From Candidatus Pelagibacterales bacterium (GTDB lineage: Bacteria > Pseudomonadota > Alphaproteobacteria > Pelagibacterales > Pelagibacteraceae): 64,000 nucleotides of DNA. The notes under the pieces were generated by a model. It was not told the origin of the DNA. It saw only the letters and a list, made by a program, of their open reading frames with translations, and did no database searches. The translations under genes were made by a program, and so were the position numbers. Shown one piece after another: positions 1 through 10,252 of this stretch (its first letter is position 1; every line of letters begins with the position of its first letter). Location: the NCBI GenBank assembly GCA_965244045.1, contig OZ251704.1, positions 189,432 through 253,431 of the forward strand, in the 5' to 3' direction.

Positions 1-980
1 TAAAAGAAATCACTAGCATTGAGATGGATTTAAGATTTGAAGCTGCTGCAGCTAATGAGCTTAAAAATAACACAGAAAATGACCCTTACTTTAAAGTACC
101 TTCAATTTATTGGGATTTTACAAGTAAAAAAGTTTTAACTTTAGAAAAAGTTGACGGAATTCCTATTAGAGATATTGAAAAAATTAACAATGCAAAAATT
201 GATAAAAAAGAATTAGCTAAATCTGTAATTCAAAATTTTTTACGACAAGCTGTTGGCGATGGATTTTTTCATGGTGATATGCATCAAGGAAATTTATTTG
301 TGGATCCAAATGGAAATATTATACCTGTAGATTTTGGAATTATGGGAAGATTAGATAAAGACAATAGGAAATATTTGGCCGATATTCTTTACGGATTTAT
401 TCAAAGAGATTATGAAAAAGTTGCAGAAGTTCATTTTCAAGCTGGCTTAGTACCCAATACTGAATCAAAAGAGTCATTTTCACAAGCACTGCGTTCAATT
501 GGGGAGCCCATATTTGGACAATCCATAAAAAATATTTCTGCTGGTAAATTACTTGCTCAGCTTTTTGAAATTACAGAAAAATTTAATATGACCACTCAGC
601 CACAATTATTACTTTTGCAAAAAAATATGGTAGTTGTGGAGGGTGTGGCGAGATCTTTAGATGAAGATGCGAATATTTGGGACATATCAAAGCCTATTCT
701 GGAAGGTTGGCTAACCAGAGAAATGGGTCCGAAAAGTAAGATTGAAAAGGCAATTAATACTACTGAGCAAGTTTTGAATAAATTACCAGAAATTCCAAGG
801 CTTATGGACCAGGCAACGAAAGCGTTAGAGCTTTTTGTATCCAAATCGAGCTCAATACATTCTAATCCTGCACTGGCTAAAAATCTAGAAATAGAAAAAA
901 ACAAATTAAAAGATGAAAAAAACTCTTTTATTATTAAATTATTAATTGTTGCTGTAATCGCTTTATTACTGTTCAAATAA
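1..980 (+). CDS. ubiB: Ubiquinone biosynthesis kinase-like protein UbiB (5'-partial; frame open to window edge)
   Basis: EMDLRFEA, FFHGDMHQGN and VDFGIMGRL ABC1/UbiB motifs; followed by coaBC-dut. Confidence 0.93.
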   Translation, partial: KEITSIEMDLRFEAAAANELKNNTENDPYFKVPSIYWDFTSKKVLTLEKVDGIPIRDIEKINNAKIDKKELAKSVIQNFLRQAVGDGFFHGDMHQGNLFVDPNGNIIPVDFGIMGRLDKDNRKYLADILYGFIQRDYEKVAEVHFQAGLVPNTESKESFSQALRSIGEPIFGQSIKNISAGKLLAQLFEITEKFNMTTQPQLLLLQKNMVVVEGVARSLDEDANIWDISKPILEGWLTREMGPKSKIEKAINTTEQVLNKLPEIPRLMDQATKALELFVSKSSSIHSNPALAKNLEIEKNKLKDEKNSFIIKLLIVAVIALLLFK

Positions 981-985
981 ACTTT

Positions 986-2215
986 ATGGAAAGTTTACAT
1001 AACAAAAAAATACTGCTTATTATCTCTGGTGGTATTTCTGCATACAAAATTTTAGATTTAATCAGAAATTTGAAAAAAAAAGATTGCGAAATTAAGACAA
1101 TTTTAACAGAATCTGCTAAAGAATTTGTGACTAGTTTAACAATTGCATCATTATCTCAAAACAAAGTTTACGAAAACCGTTTTGATGTCAATAATGAAAT
1201 AGAGATGGATCATATTGCTCTCTCTCGTTGGTGTGATGTAATTTTAATTGCTCCCACAACAGCAAACTTGTTATCAAGACTAGCAAGCGGTTCAGCGGAT
1301 GATTTTATTTCTACTGTGGTATCAGCATCTAATAAAGATATTTTTCTGGTTCCGGCAATGAATGTTGAGATGTGGAACAATCCCGCTACTAAAGAAAATG
1401 TAAAAAAATTAATTAATTATAATTATAAAATAATTGGCCCTGTATTTGGAGACTTAGCTTGTGGAGAGGTCGGCGAAGGTAAAATGTCTTCAATTAACGA
1501 AATTGAAAAAACTTTAGAAAATTATTTTACTAAAAAAAATAATTATTTTTCAAATCATAAAGCCTTAGTTACCGCAGGTCCTACTCGAGAATATTTAGAT
1601 CCTGTACGTTTTATGTCTAATGAATCGTCAGGCAAACAAGGTTATGAAATTGCAAAAAAACTTTTTGAAGCTGGATTTGATACTACCTTGGTTACTGGCC
1701 CCACTAATATCAATTACTCTAAAGACTTAAAAGTTATTCAAGTTACAAGCGCCAAAGAAATGTTAAATGCTTGCCAAAGTTTATTGCCAGTGAATGTTGC
1801 TGTTTGTGCTGCAGCTGTCGTAGATTTTCTACCTGAATACAAAAATGAAAAAATTAAAAAAGATGAGCTAAATACATATGATTTAAAATTATCCAAAAAT
1901 ATTGATATTTTAGAATATCTCTCTAATCATAATAAAAATAGACCAGATTTAGTATTAGGTTTTGCAGCTGAAACTGAAAATGTCTTAGAAAATGCATTAA
2001 AAAAATTAATTAAAAAAAGATGTGATTGGATTATTGCAAATGATGTATCTGATAAAACTATTGGTTTTAATTCCAACGATAATGAAATTACCATAATCTA
2101 TAAAAATCAAAAAGTTGAAAAAATTTCAAAAGTTTCAAAATCTGAAGTTGCAAGTGAAATTGTAAGCAGAATAATTGGCACAATAAAGAGAGAAAATGCC
2201 CCAAATTTTAATTAA
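986..2215 (+). CDS. coaBC: Bifunctional phosphopantothenoylcysteine decarboxylase/ligase
   Basis: GGISAYK, HIALSRW, PAMNVEMW, TAGPTREYLDPVRF, GFAAET motifs. Confidence 0.96.
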   Translation: MESLHNKKILLIISGGISAYKILDLIRNLKKKDCEIKTILTESAKEFVTSLTIASLSQNKVYENRFDVNNEIEMDHIALSRWCDVILIAPTTANLLSRLASGSADDFISTVVSASNKDIFLVPAMNVEMWNNPATKENVKKLINYNYKIIGPVFGDLACGEVGEGKMSSINEIEKTLENYFTKKNNYFSNHKALVTAGPTREYLDPVRFMSNESSGKQGYEIAKKLFEAGFDTTLVTGPTNINYSKDLKVIQVTSAKEMLNACQSLLPVNVAVCAAAVVDFLPEYKNEKIKKDELNTYDLKLSKNIDILEYLSNHNKNRPDLVLGFAAETENVLENALKKLIKKRCDWIIANDVSDKTIGFNSNDNEITIIYKNQKVEKISKVSKSEVASEIVSRIIGTIKRENAPNFN

Positions 2216-2633
2216 AAGATTATTTAAAGACGTTGCTATTCCAAAATATGAAACATCCGGATCATCTGGACTTGATTTAGAGGCGTATATAAACAACGAA
2301 ATTATTTTAAAACCAGGACAACGAACTTTGGTGCCAACAGGCATAGCCGTAGCAATACCAGATGATTTAGAAATACAAATCAGACCTCGTTCAGGACTAG
2401 CTTTTAAACAAGGAATATCGGTATTAAACACACCTGGAACCATAGATTCAGATTATAGGGGAGAAATTAAAGTTATATTAATCAATTTAGGCCAAGAGAA
2501 TTTCACCATAAAAAAATTTCAAAGAATTGCTCAAATGATTATCTGTCCTATTATAAAAGTAACATTATTAGAAACGGAAGAACTTCCTATAACTATTAGA
2601 GGAAAAGGTGGATTTGGCTCAACCGGTCAATAA
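2196..2633 (+). CDS. dut: dUTP diphosphatase
   Basis: SGLDL, RPRSGLA, GTIDSDYRGE, RGKGGFGSTG motifs. Confidence 0.97.
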   Translation: MPQILIKRLFKDVAIPKYETSGSSGLDLEAYINNEIILKPGQRTLVPTGIAVAIPDDLEIQIRPRSGLAFKQGISVLNTPGTIDSDYRGEIKVILINLGQENFTIKKFQRIAQMIICPIIKVTLLETEELPITIRGKGGFGSTGQ

Positions 2634-2636
2634 ATA

Positions 2637-3386
2637 ATGCAAATTTCATCGGAACAAATAAAAAGATACTCTGGCCAAATAAATCTCAAAAAAATTAGTT
2701 TATCAGGACAAAAAAAAATTATTAATAGCAAAATTTTAATTATTGGAATGGGGGGGTTGGGCACTCCTGCGCTTACTTATTTAGCAAGATCAGGTGTAGA
2801 AACTTTGGCTATCGCAGATTCTGATAAAATTTCTATTTCTAATTTGCATAGACAAATTTTGTATGAAAAAAAAGATGTTGGAAAATTTAAGGTTGATATA
2901 GCTAAAAAAAAAATAATTTCAGTAAACTCAAAAATTAAAATTAAAACTTATAAAAAAAAAATTACTAAACAAAATATTGCATCTATTGCAAAGCAATATG
3001 ATATAATTCTAGACGGAACAGATAATTTTAAAAGCAAATTAGAAATAAATGATTTTTGTAAAAAAAATAAAAAAATTTTAATTCTTGGCGCAATTAATCG
3101 TTTCGTAGGTCAATTATTTGTTTTTAATTTTAGTAACAACAAACTTCACTCTCCTTGTTTAAGATGTTTTATGCCTCATGCCCCAATTAATGACAATAAC
3201 GATTGTCAAGCAGACGGTATTATTGGAACTATTGCTGGCACCATTGGCACACTTATGGCTAACGAAGCAATAAAAGAAATTTTATCTTTTAAACATTCTC
3301 TTTGTGGAAAAATACTTATTATGGATTTGGAAAAGACGATATTCAGATTGATCAATTTAAATAAAAATTGCAAAAATCATCAATAA
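2637..3386 (+). CDS. ThiF/MoeB/HesA family adenylyltransferase
   Basis: RYS start, GMGGLG, SNLHRQILY, DGTDNF, CLRC motifs. Confidence 0.9.
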   Translation: MQISSEQIKRYSGQINLKKISLSGQKKIINSKILIIGMGGLGTPALTYLARSGVETLAIADSDKISISNLHRQILYEKKDVGKFKVDIAKKKIISVNSKIKIKTYKKKITKQNIASIAKQYDIILDGTDNFKSKLEINDFCKKNKKILILGAINRFVGQLFVFNFSNNKLHSPCLRCFMPHAPINDNNDCQADGIIGTIAGTIGTLMANEAIKEILSFKHSLCGKILIMDLEKTIFRLINLNKNCKNHQ

Positions 3387-3862
3387 TGAAAAAGCTTATT
3401 ATTCTATTTTTGATTATTTTCTTTTTTTCTACTTCAGATTTTTTATTAAATGCTGAAGAAAATGTAAAATATTTAAGTCTTCGCAATAATAAGGTGAATG
3501 TAAGAATTGCTCCCTCAAGAACTTCTCCTGTGAAATGGGTTTATGAAAAAAAAGGAATGCCTGTATTAATTATAGATGAATATTACAACTGGAGAAAAAT
3601 TAAAGATTTTGAAAATGATAATGGGTGGGTTCATGTTTCACAATTATCAAAAAAAAGATCTGTTTTATTTGTAGAAGATAACGTGTTAATTTTTTCAAGT
3701 CCCACATATTTTTCAAAGCCTCTTAATAGATTGTCTAAATTAGAGGTTGCAACCATAACAAAATGTTCTCTGCAATGGTGCAAAGTTAAAAATAATCTTT
3801 TTTCAGGATGGGTTAAAAAAAATTCTTTATGGGGATTAAATAAAAATGAGATTATGAACTAG
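3386..3862 (+). CDS. Exported bacterial SH3-domain protein
   Basis: Signal peptide from ATG 3386 (TAATG overlap); VNVRIAP...WRKIKD...GWV and WCKV...GWV repeats. Confidence 0.8.
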   Translation: MKKLIILFLIIFFFSTSDFLLNAEENVKYLSLRNNKVNVRIAPSRTSPVKWVYEKKGMPVLIIDEYYNWRKIKDFENDNGWVHVSQLSKKRSVLFVEDNVLIFSSPTYFSKPLNRLSKLEVATITKCSLQWCKVKNNLFSGWVKKNSLWGLNKNEIMN

Positions 3863-3930
3863 TTTTATTCATGAAAATTATTTATAATTATGGTTATAAA
3901 AAAAATTACAAACCATAATATATTCCCAAA

Positions 3931-4443
3931 ATGACAAAAAAAAACAGTTATACTTACGAAGATCTCCTAAGCTGTGGAAATGGTGACATGTTTGGAGAGG
4001 GAAACGCTAAATTACCTTTGCCGCCCATGCTAATGTTCGACCGAATTATTAAAATTAATAATAACGAAGGTCTTTTTAACAAAGGAATTATTGAAGCAGA
4101 ACTAGATATCAAAAAAAATCTATGGTTTTTTGATTGTCACTTCAAAGGGGATCCTGTGATGCCTGGATGTTTGGGTTTGGATGCCATGTGGCAATTGGTA
4201 GGTTTTTTTCTGGGTTGGGATGGAAATCCCGGAAAGGGCAGAGCTCTTGGAGTGGGTGAAGTTAAATTTGTTGGTGAAGTTTTGCAAAGTGTAAGAATTG
4301 CAAAATATATAATAAATATTAAAAAAATATTAAAAAAGGGAGAAACTTCTGTAGGTCTTGCCGATGGAGTTCTTTTAGCAGATAATAAAGAAATATATAA
4401 AGCAAAAAATTTAAAAGTAGGGTTATTTAAGGGGGCTAAGTGA
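3931..4443 (+). CDS. fabA: 3-hydroxyacyl-ACP dehydratase/isomerase FabA
   Basis: [37 protein letters not shown]. Confidence 0.97.
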   Translation: MTKKNSYTYEDLLSCGNGDMFGEGNAKLPLPPMLMFDRIIKINNNEGLFNKGIIEAELDIKKNLWFFDCHFKGDPVMPGCLGLDAMWQLVGFFLGWDGNPGKGRALGVGEVKFVGEVLQSVRIAKYIINIKKILKKGETSVGLADGVLLADNKEIYKAKNLKVGLFKGAK

Positions 4444-5651
4444 AAAGAGTTGTAATAACAGGAATTGGTATTGTTTCATGTTTGGGCAATAATCAGGAAG
4501 AAGTTTTTCAATCTCTGATTAACGGAAAATCTGGAATTTCATTCTGCCAAGAATACAAAGATTATAACTTAAAAAGCCATATCCATGGAAAACCAAATAT
4601 CAAAATTGAAGATTTTATAGATAGAAAAACTATTCGCTTTATGGGAGCAGGTTCAGCATACAACTACATTGCTATGCAAGAAGCTATAAAAGATTCAGGC
4701 CTCGAAGAAAAAGATGTGAGCAATATCGAAACAGGAATAATTATGGGTTCAGGTGGTCCTTCCATTGAAAATGTAGTTCTTTCGGTTGACAAAACTAGGG
4801 CTAAAACTCCAAAATTAATGGGACCTTTTATTGTTCCAAGAACAATGGCCAGCACTGCGTCGGCTACCTTGGCTGTTCCTTTTAAAATAAAAGGCACTAA
4901 TTATACCATTAGTTCTGCTTGTGCTACCAGTGGCCACGGAATTGGAAATGCAATGGAATTAATTCAAATGGGAAAACAAAAAATTATGTTTGCCGGAGGA
5001 AGTGAAGAACTTCATTGGGCTATGACAGCCATGTTTGATGCAATGACTGCTTTATCCTCAAAATATAATGATACTCCTGAACAGGCGTCGCGAGCATATG
5101 ATAAAACTAGAGATGGTTTTGTAATTGCTGGGGGAGGTGGTGTATTAGTTTTAGAAGAACTAGAACATGCTAAAGCTAGAGGGGCAAAAATTTATGCAGA
5201 ATTAACTGGGTATGGAGCGACATCTGATGGATATGATATGGTAGCCCCATCAGGCGAAGGTGCTGTACGATGCATGAAGATGGCATTACACACTACCAGA
5301 AATAAGATTGATTATATTAACACTCATGGCACATCAACTCCTGTGGGAGATATAACTGAATTAAGAGCAGTCGGAGAAGTTTTTGGAGAAACAATCCCTA
5401 AAATTAGCTCGACTAAATCTTTATCTGGTCATCCGCTAGGTGCTGCCTCAGTACATGAAGCCATCTACTGCCTCATAATGATGAAAAATAAATTTATTGC
5501 AGCCTCCGCAAATATTACTGAAATGGATGAGGAAGCAAAAAAATTTCCAATCGTTACTAAGGTGCAAAAAAATGTGGAGTTAAATGCTATCATGTCTAAT
5601 AGCTTTGGTTTTGGCGGAACTAATGCTGCTTTAATTTTTGAAAAATTATAA
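4440..5651 (+). CDS. fabB: Beta-ketoacyl-ACP synthase I
   Basis: [26 protein letters not shown]; fabA-fabB-fabI order. Confidence 0.95.
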   Translation: MKRVVITGIGIVSCLGNNQEEVFQSLINGKSGISFCQEYKDYNLKSHIHGKPNIKIEDFIDRKTIRFMGAGSAYNYIAMQEAIKDSGLEEKDVSNIETGIIMGSGGPSIENVVLSVDKTRAKTPKLMGPFIVPRTMASTASATLAVPFKIKGTNYTISSACATSGHGIGNAMELIQMGKQKIMFAGGSEELHWAMTAMFDAMTALSSKYNDTPEQASRAYDKTRDGFVIAGGGGVLVLEELEHAKARGAKIYAELTGYGATSDGYDMVAPSGEGAVRCMKMALHTTRNKIDYINTHGTSTPVGDITELRAVGEVFGETIPKISSTKSLSGHPLGAASVHEAIYCLIMMKNKFIAASANITEMDEEAKKFPIVTKVQKNVELNAIMSNSFGFGGTNAALIFEKL

Positions 5652-5653
5652 TC

Positions 5654-6469
5654 ATGAAATTGCTAGAAAATAAAAAAGGTTTAATCATGGGAGTTGCCAA
5701 CGATCGTTCGATCGCTTGGGGTATTGCACAAAAATTATCTGAACACGGTGCAGAACTTGCTTTTACGTATGTGGGAGATGCTTTAAAAAAAAGAGTAGTA
5801 CCACTTGCTGAGTCTCTAGGATCAACCTTCACTTTAGACTGCAACGTAGAAAATAAAGATCAAATCGTTAAAACTTTTGCTGATATTAAAAATAAATGGG
5901 AAAATTTAGATTTTGTTATTCATGCTATTGCATTTTCTGATAAATCAGAATTATCAGGGTCTTATTTGAATACTACCAGAGATAATTTTTTAAGAAGTAT
6001 GCTTATATCTTGTTTTTCATTTACGGAAATTGCAAAAGAAGCTGCACTAATTATGAATGCGGGAGGAAGTTTATTAACTCTTACCTACGAATCTACAAAA
6101 GTAATTCCTAATTATAATGTCATGGGAGTTTGTAAATCTGCTTTAGAAACTAGCACTAAATATTTGGCTAGAGATTTAGGACACAAACAAATTAGGGTAA
6201 ATGCAATCAGCGCTGGACCTATTAAGACATTAGCAGCTTCCGCAATAGGAGATGCTAAATTTTTATATAAATGGAATGCAGATCATTCTTTATTAAAAAG
6301 AAATGTAGATATCCATGATGTTGGAAATTCAGCTGTGTATCTAGTTAGTCATCTTTCTGGGGGAGTGACAGGCGAAATTCATTATGTTGATGCTGGCTAC
6401 AACAAAGTAGGAATGCCAGATCCAAAAACATATCTTAAATATAATTATATTACTACCAGTCTAATTTAG
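5654..6469 (+). CDS. fabI: Enoyl-ACP reductase FabI (last ~13 residues look non-native)
   Basis: GVANDRSIAWGIA, YNVMGVCK, ISAGPIKTLAA, GEIHYVDAG. Confidence 0.95.
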   Translation: MKLLENKKGLIMGVANDRSIAWGIAQKLSEHGAELAFTYVGDALKKRVVPLAESLGSTFTLDCNVENKDQIVKTFADIKNKWENLDFVIHAIAFSDKSELSGSYLNTTRDNFLRSMLISCFSFTEIAKEAALIMNAGGSLLTLTYESTKVIPNYNVMGVCKSALETSTKYLARDLGHKQIRVNAISAGPIKTLAASAIGDAKFLYKWNADHSLLKRNVDIHDVGNSAVYLVSHLSGGVTGEIHYVDAGYNKVGMPDPKTYLKYNYITTSLI

Positions 6470-6531
6470 TCTAAATCACCATATTTACACTAGAAAATAC
6501 AAGTTGTATAATGATAGGTAGTTTTACATCT

Positions 6532-8718
6532 TTATAGACATTCTGCATTAACATTTTGTAATGGTATTACAACCAGAATCAGGCAAAAACAAAATAAAAA
6601 AATTTTAAAAACTGATAGAAATATATATAAGATTATATTATTTGAGTCTTCTAATGCCTCTTTCATGGACAATTTGACTTTTCCTCTATCAAATCCCACT
6701 ACTTTTACTGAAACTTCGTCGCCTTCTTTAACAACATCAGAGACATTCTCTACTCTTTTTGCTGCAAGTTGAGATATGTGCACTAATCCATCTTGTTTTC
6801 CTAAAAAATTTACAAATGCTCCAAAATCCATAATTTTTACAACTTTGCCTTTGTAAATTTTTCCAATTTCAGGTTTAGCAATAATATCATTGATCATTGC
6901 AACTGCTTTATTTCTTGATTCTTCATCTGCAGCAGCGATTGTAATTATACCATCATCATTGATATCTAATTTTGCTCCTGACAATTCAACAATCTCTCTG
7001 ATAGTAGCTCCACCTTTTCCAATGACTGCAGCGATATCTTTTTTATCTACTTGCATTTTTTCCATCTTTGGAGTGTTTTTTGATAATTCTGTTCTAGATT
7101 CTTTTATAGTCTTAGCCATTTCGCCAAGGATATGAATTCTTCCTTCTTTGGCTTGATCTAAGGCTTTTTCCATAATTTCAAATGTAATACCTGTAATTTT
7201 AATATCCATTTGCAGTGAAGTAATTCCATCTTCTGTTCCTGCAACTTTAAAATCCATATCTCCTAAATGATCTTCATCTCCCAAGATATCGCTAAGAATA
7301 GAATAATCATCTCCTTCTTTAATTAAACCCATAGCAATACCTGCAATTGGTTTTTTAATAGGAACTCCTGCATCCATTAAAGCAAGTGAGGATCCACAAA
7401 CAGTTGCCATTGATGAAGAACCATTCGACTCTGTTATTTCAGATACTATTCTAAATGTGTAAGGAAACTCTTCTTTTGAAGGCAGAGAAGCATTGATTGC
7501 TCTCCATGCTAATTTTCCATGACCAATTTCTCTTCTTCCAGTTCCAATTCTTCCAACTTCTCCAACAGAAAAAGGGGGGAAGTTATAATGTAGCATAAAT
7601 CTGGATCTCACTAATCCATCTAATGTTTCCAATCTTTGCTCATCATCTTGCGTTCCCAATGTAGCAACCACTAATGCTTGTGTTTCTCCTCTTGTAAATA
7701 ATGCTGAGCCGTGAACTTTGGGCAAAACTCCTACTTCACATTTAATGTTACGCACTTCATTAAGCTTTCTTCCATCAATTCGTTTAGCGTCTTTTAAAAT
7801 TTGAGTTCTTACTATTTCCTTTTCAACGTTTTTAAACTGATCATTAATTTCTACAGCTGAATATGTTTCATCACCTTCAAATAATTTTTTTACTTTTTCT
7901 TTAGCTTCACCTATTAATGATGCTCTAATTTGCTTATCTTTCTCATTAAAAGCTTTTTTTAAATCCTCAGAAACTTCATTTGAAATTTTATTTTCTAAAT
8001 CTGAATAATCTTTTTCTTCAATAATCCATTTTGGTTTTGAGGCTTCTTTAGCAAAATCTTTTATCAAATTAATTACATGTTTTGCTTGATCATGACCAAA
8101 TTTAACAGCATCTAACATTTGTTTTTCTGTTAAGCCTGATGCTTCAGACTCAACCATTAAAACTGCATCTTCAGTTCCAGCAACCACTAATTCTAATTGT
8201 GAATTTGTGATTTGTTCTTTGGTGGGATTTAAAATAAAATTTCCATCAATTAATCCAACTTTAGCTGCAGCAACTGGTCCCATGAAAGGGATCCCTGATA
8301 TTGCCAAAGCAGCAGAGCTTGCTATTAAAGACAAAATTTCAGGATCATTATCTTTATCGTATGAAATAACTGTTGGTAACACTTGAACTTCATTTCTAAA
8401 TGAACTTGGAAATAATGGTCTGATAGGTCTATCAATTAATCTTGAGATTAATGTTTCAGATTCAGTTGGTCTTGCTTCACGTTTAAAATACCCTCCTGGT
8501 ATTTTTCCAGAAGCATAATATTTTTCTTGATAATTTACCGTCAAAGGAAAAAAATCAATATCGGGTTTGGCTTGTTTGGCTGCTACTGCTGTAGCTAAAA
8601 TTACCGTATCTCCACAAGTTAGCATGACAGCTCCATCTGCTTGTCTCGCAACTCTTCCTGTCTCTAAAGTTAATTTTTTATCACCCCAGGTAATGTCTTT
8701 TTTTACAATGTTAAACAT
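6532..8718 (-). CDS. pnp: Polyribonucleotide nucleotidyltransferase (S1 domain ends ~6643; then a 36-aa atypical hydrophobic tail)
   Basis: [43 protein letters not shown] and S1 domains. Confidence 0.97.
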   Translation of the reverse strand: MFNIVKKDITWGDKKLTLETGRVARQADGAVMLTCGDTVILATAVAAKQAKPDIDFFPLTVNYQEKYYASGKIPGGYFKREARPTESETLISRLIDRPIRPLFPSSFRNEVQVLPTVISYDKDNDPEILSLIASSAALAISGIPFMGPVAAAKVGLIDGNFILNPTKEQITNSQLELVVAGTEDAVLMVESEASGLTEKQMLDAVKFGHDQAKHVINLIKDFAKEASKPKWIIEEKDYSDLENKISNEVSEDLKKAFNEKDKQIRASLIGEAKEKVKKLFEGDETYSAVEINDQFKNVEKEIVRTQILKDAKRIDGRKLNEVRNIKCEVGVLPKVHGSALFTRGETQALVVATLGTQDDEQRLETLDGLVRSRFMLHYNFPPFSVGEVGRIGTGRREIGHGKLAWRAINASLPSKEEFPYTFRIVSEITESNGSSSMATVCGSSLALMDAGVPIKKPIAGIAMGLIKEGDDYSILSDILGDEDHLGDMDFKVAGTEDGITSLQMDIKITGITFEIMEKALDQAKEGRIHILGEMAKTIKESRTELSKNTPKMEKMQVDKKDIAAVIGKGGATIREIVELSGAKLDINDDGIITIAAADEESRNKAVAMINDIIAKPEIGKIYKGKVVKIMDFGAFVNFLGKQDGLVHISQLAAKRVENVSDVVKEGDEVSVKVVGFDRGKVKLSMKEALEDSNNIILYIFLSVFKIFLFCFCLILVVIPLQNVNAECL

Positions 8719-8724
8719 GGGGAT

Positions 8725-8994
8725 TTATTTACGCAGACCTAACTGCTCTAAAACTTTCTTATAAGTAGAGGGCTCTCTTTTGCTTAAATAATCTAATAAT
8801 TTTTTTCTTCTAGATATAATTTTACTTAATCCAGTATTTGAATGTTTATCTTTTTTATTTTTAGCGAAGTGAGCTGTTAAATACTTAACTCTCTCAGTTA
8901 ATATTCCAATTTGAACTTCAGATGAACCTACATCTGTTTTATGTTTCTGAAGGCTACTAATAATCTCTTTTTTTTCAATTTTTTTCTTTGGCAT
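8725..8994 (-). CDS. rpsO: 30S ribosomal protein S15
   Basis: DVGSSEVQI...HFAKNKKDKHS...RRKKLLDYL...LGLRK; 89 aa. Confidence 0.96.
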   Translation of the reverse strand: MPKKKIEKKEIISSLQKHKTDVGSSEVQIGILTERVKYLTAHFAKNKKDKHSNTGLSKIISRRKKLLDYLSKREPSTYKKVLEQLGLRK

Positions 8995-8999
8995 AGTTT

Positions 9000-9878
9000 C
9001 TAAATGTTTAAAATTCTTTTGGGATAAAAAAATCCAGATTTTAATTCTCCGAATGCGAGTACCTGGTTTTGATTTTGGGCTATTAACTTCTTAAGATCAA
9101 TCTCTCCAAACTCCTCCAACATGCTTACTTTCATTCCGTTTTTAATAAGCTTTATTCTTTTATCTTCTAATTTTATGGATGGTATATGTATTAAAACCCT
9201 ATTAATTTCAAGTAAGTATTTTTGTAACTCTTCTTTTGCTACATTTTTAACAATAAAATCAACATTTAGAGAACCTTTTATAGAAAATAGCCCATATCTT
9301 CTTCTAACAATTTTGCTGGCATAACCAAAAGTATTTAAGCGATAGGCAATGTCTCGGATTAAACTTCTTATGTAAGTCCCAGATCCACAATTTACAATAA
9401 AGGACGTTTTTCCTTCACCATGAGATACTATTTTTATATTGGTTATTTCTACTTTTTGGGATTTTAAATCAAATGGTAAATTGTTTCTGGCTAAATTATA
9501 ACAACGAACACCTTTAATTTTTTTGGCAGAAAATTTTGGTGGCACCTGATTAATAACCCCAACAAAAGATTTTAATATATTCTGAATATCTTCTTGTTTA
9601 GGAACAACAGAAGATGAATGAACAATTTCCCCTTCTGCATCTAGGGTAGAAGTTTCTTTTCCCCATACTGCTTCAAAAAAATAAGTTTTTTTTACATCAG
9701 CAAGATAAGGAATCGATTTGGTTGCCTCTCCAATTGCTACCGGCAATATACCTTCTGCTAAGGGGTCAAGAGTTCCTGCGTGGCCTAATTTTTTTATTTT
9801 AAATTTAGATTTAATTACATTTAAACAGTAAGTAGAGGTAAAACCTTTAGGCTTAAAAATATTTATCCAGCCATTCAT
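9000..9878 (-). CDS. truB: tRNA pseudouridine(55) synthase
   Basis: GHAGTLDPLAEGIL, QVPPKFSA, GTYIRSL. Confidence 0.96.
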   Translation of the reverse strand: MNGWINIFKPKGFTSTYCLNVIKSKFKIKKLGHAGTLDPLAEGILPVAIGEATKSIPYLADVKKTYFFEAVWGKETSTLDAEGEIVHSSSVVPKQEDIQNILKSFVGVINQVPPKFSAKKIKGVRCYNLARNNLPFDLKSQKVEITNIKIVSHGEGKTSFIVNCGSGTYIRSLIRDIAYRLNTFGYASKIVRRRYGLFSIKGSLNVDFIVKNVAKEELQKYLLEINRVLIHIPSIKLEDKRIKLIKNGMKVSMLEEFGEIDLKKLIAQNQNQVLAFGELKSGFFYPKRILNI

Positions 9879-10252
9879 TGTTTTGTTGAGTTCATGATTA
9901 TAATTTTTTCAATTTTTTCTGCATAATCAAAAGATTTATCTAAAACAAATTTTAAGTTTGGTAAAAATTTTGCAGTCCAAGATGCTTTAACTCTTTTTTT
10001 TACTTCGTAAGAAAAATGATTTAATGTATCCAAGGCCAATTCAGCTTTGCTTCCACTTAGTGGTATAAAATAAACCTTAGCATGTCTAAGATCTGGACTT
10101 ACTCGAACTTCCGTAATTGTAATATTTCTTGTTGATATCGATGGTAAAACAATCTGATCTTTAATAAAAATATTTGCGATAATTTTTTTTAAAGTTTCTC
10201 CTACCTTAAGCTGTCTTTGCGATAAAGGTTTAGAAGTATTTTCATAATCCAT
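9875..10252 (-). CDS. rbfA: Ribosome-binding factor A
   Basis: SQRQLKVGE, ITEVRVSPDLRHAKVY, PNLKFVLD; between infB and truB. Confidence 0.94.
   Translation of the reverse strand: MDYENTSKPLSQRQLKVGETLKKIIANIFIKDQIVLPSISTRNITITEVRVSPDLRHAKVYFIPLSGSKAELALDTLNHFSYEVKKRVKASWTAKFLPNLKFVLDKSFDYAEKIEKIIIMNSTKQ

Noticed and set aside
3871-3918. 15-aa Tyr-rich ORF (MKIIYNYGYKKNYKP) before fabA as a leader peptide
   Set aside because: No RBS or terminator/antiterminator pair; Tyr, Asn and Lys codons are expected in AT-rich DNA; no link to fatty-acid synthesis.
6471-6554. 27-aa minus-strand [30 protein letters not shown] in the fabI-pnp spacer
   Set aside because: No RBS or recognisable similarity; length expected by chance.
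6431-6645. dif site, CRISPR array or MITE interpretation of the spacer
   Set aside because: No match to XerC/XerD arms, no regular repeat-spacer period, and deleting the DNA between the 9-bp direct repeats does not restore a pnp stop.
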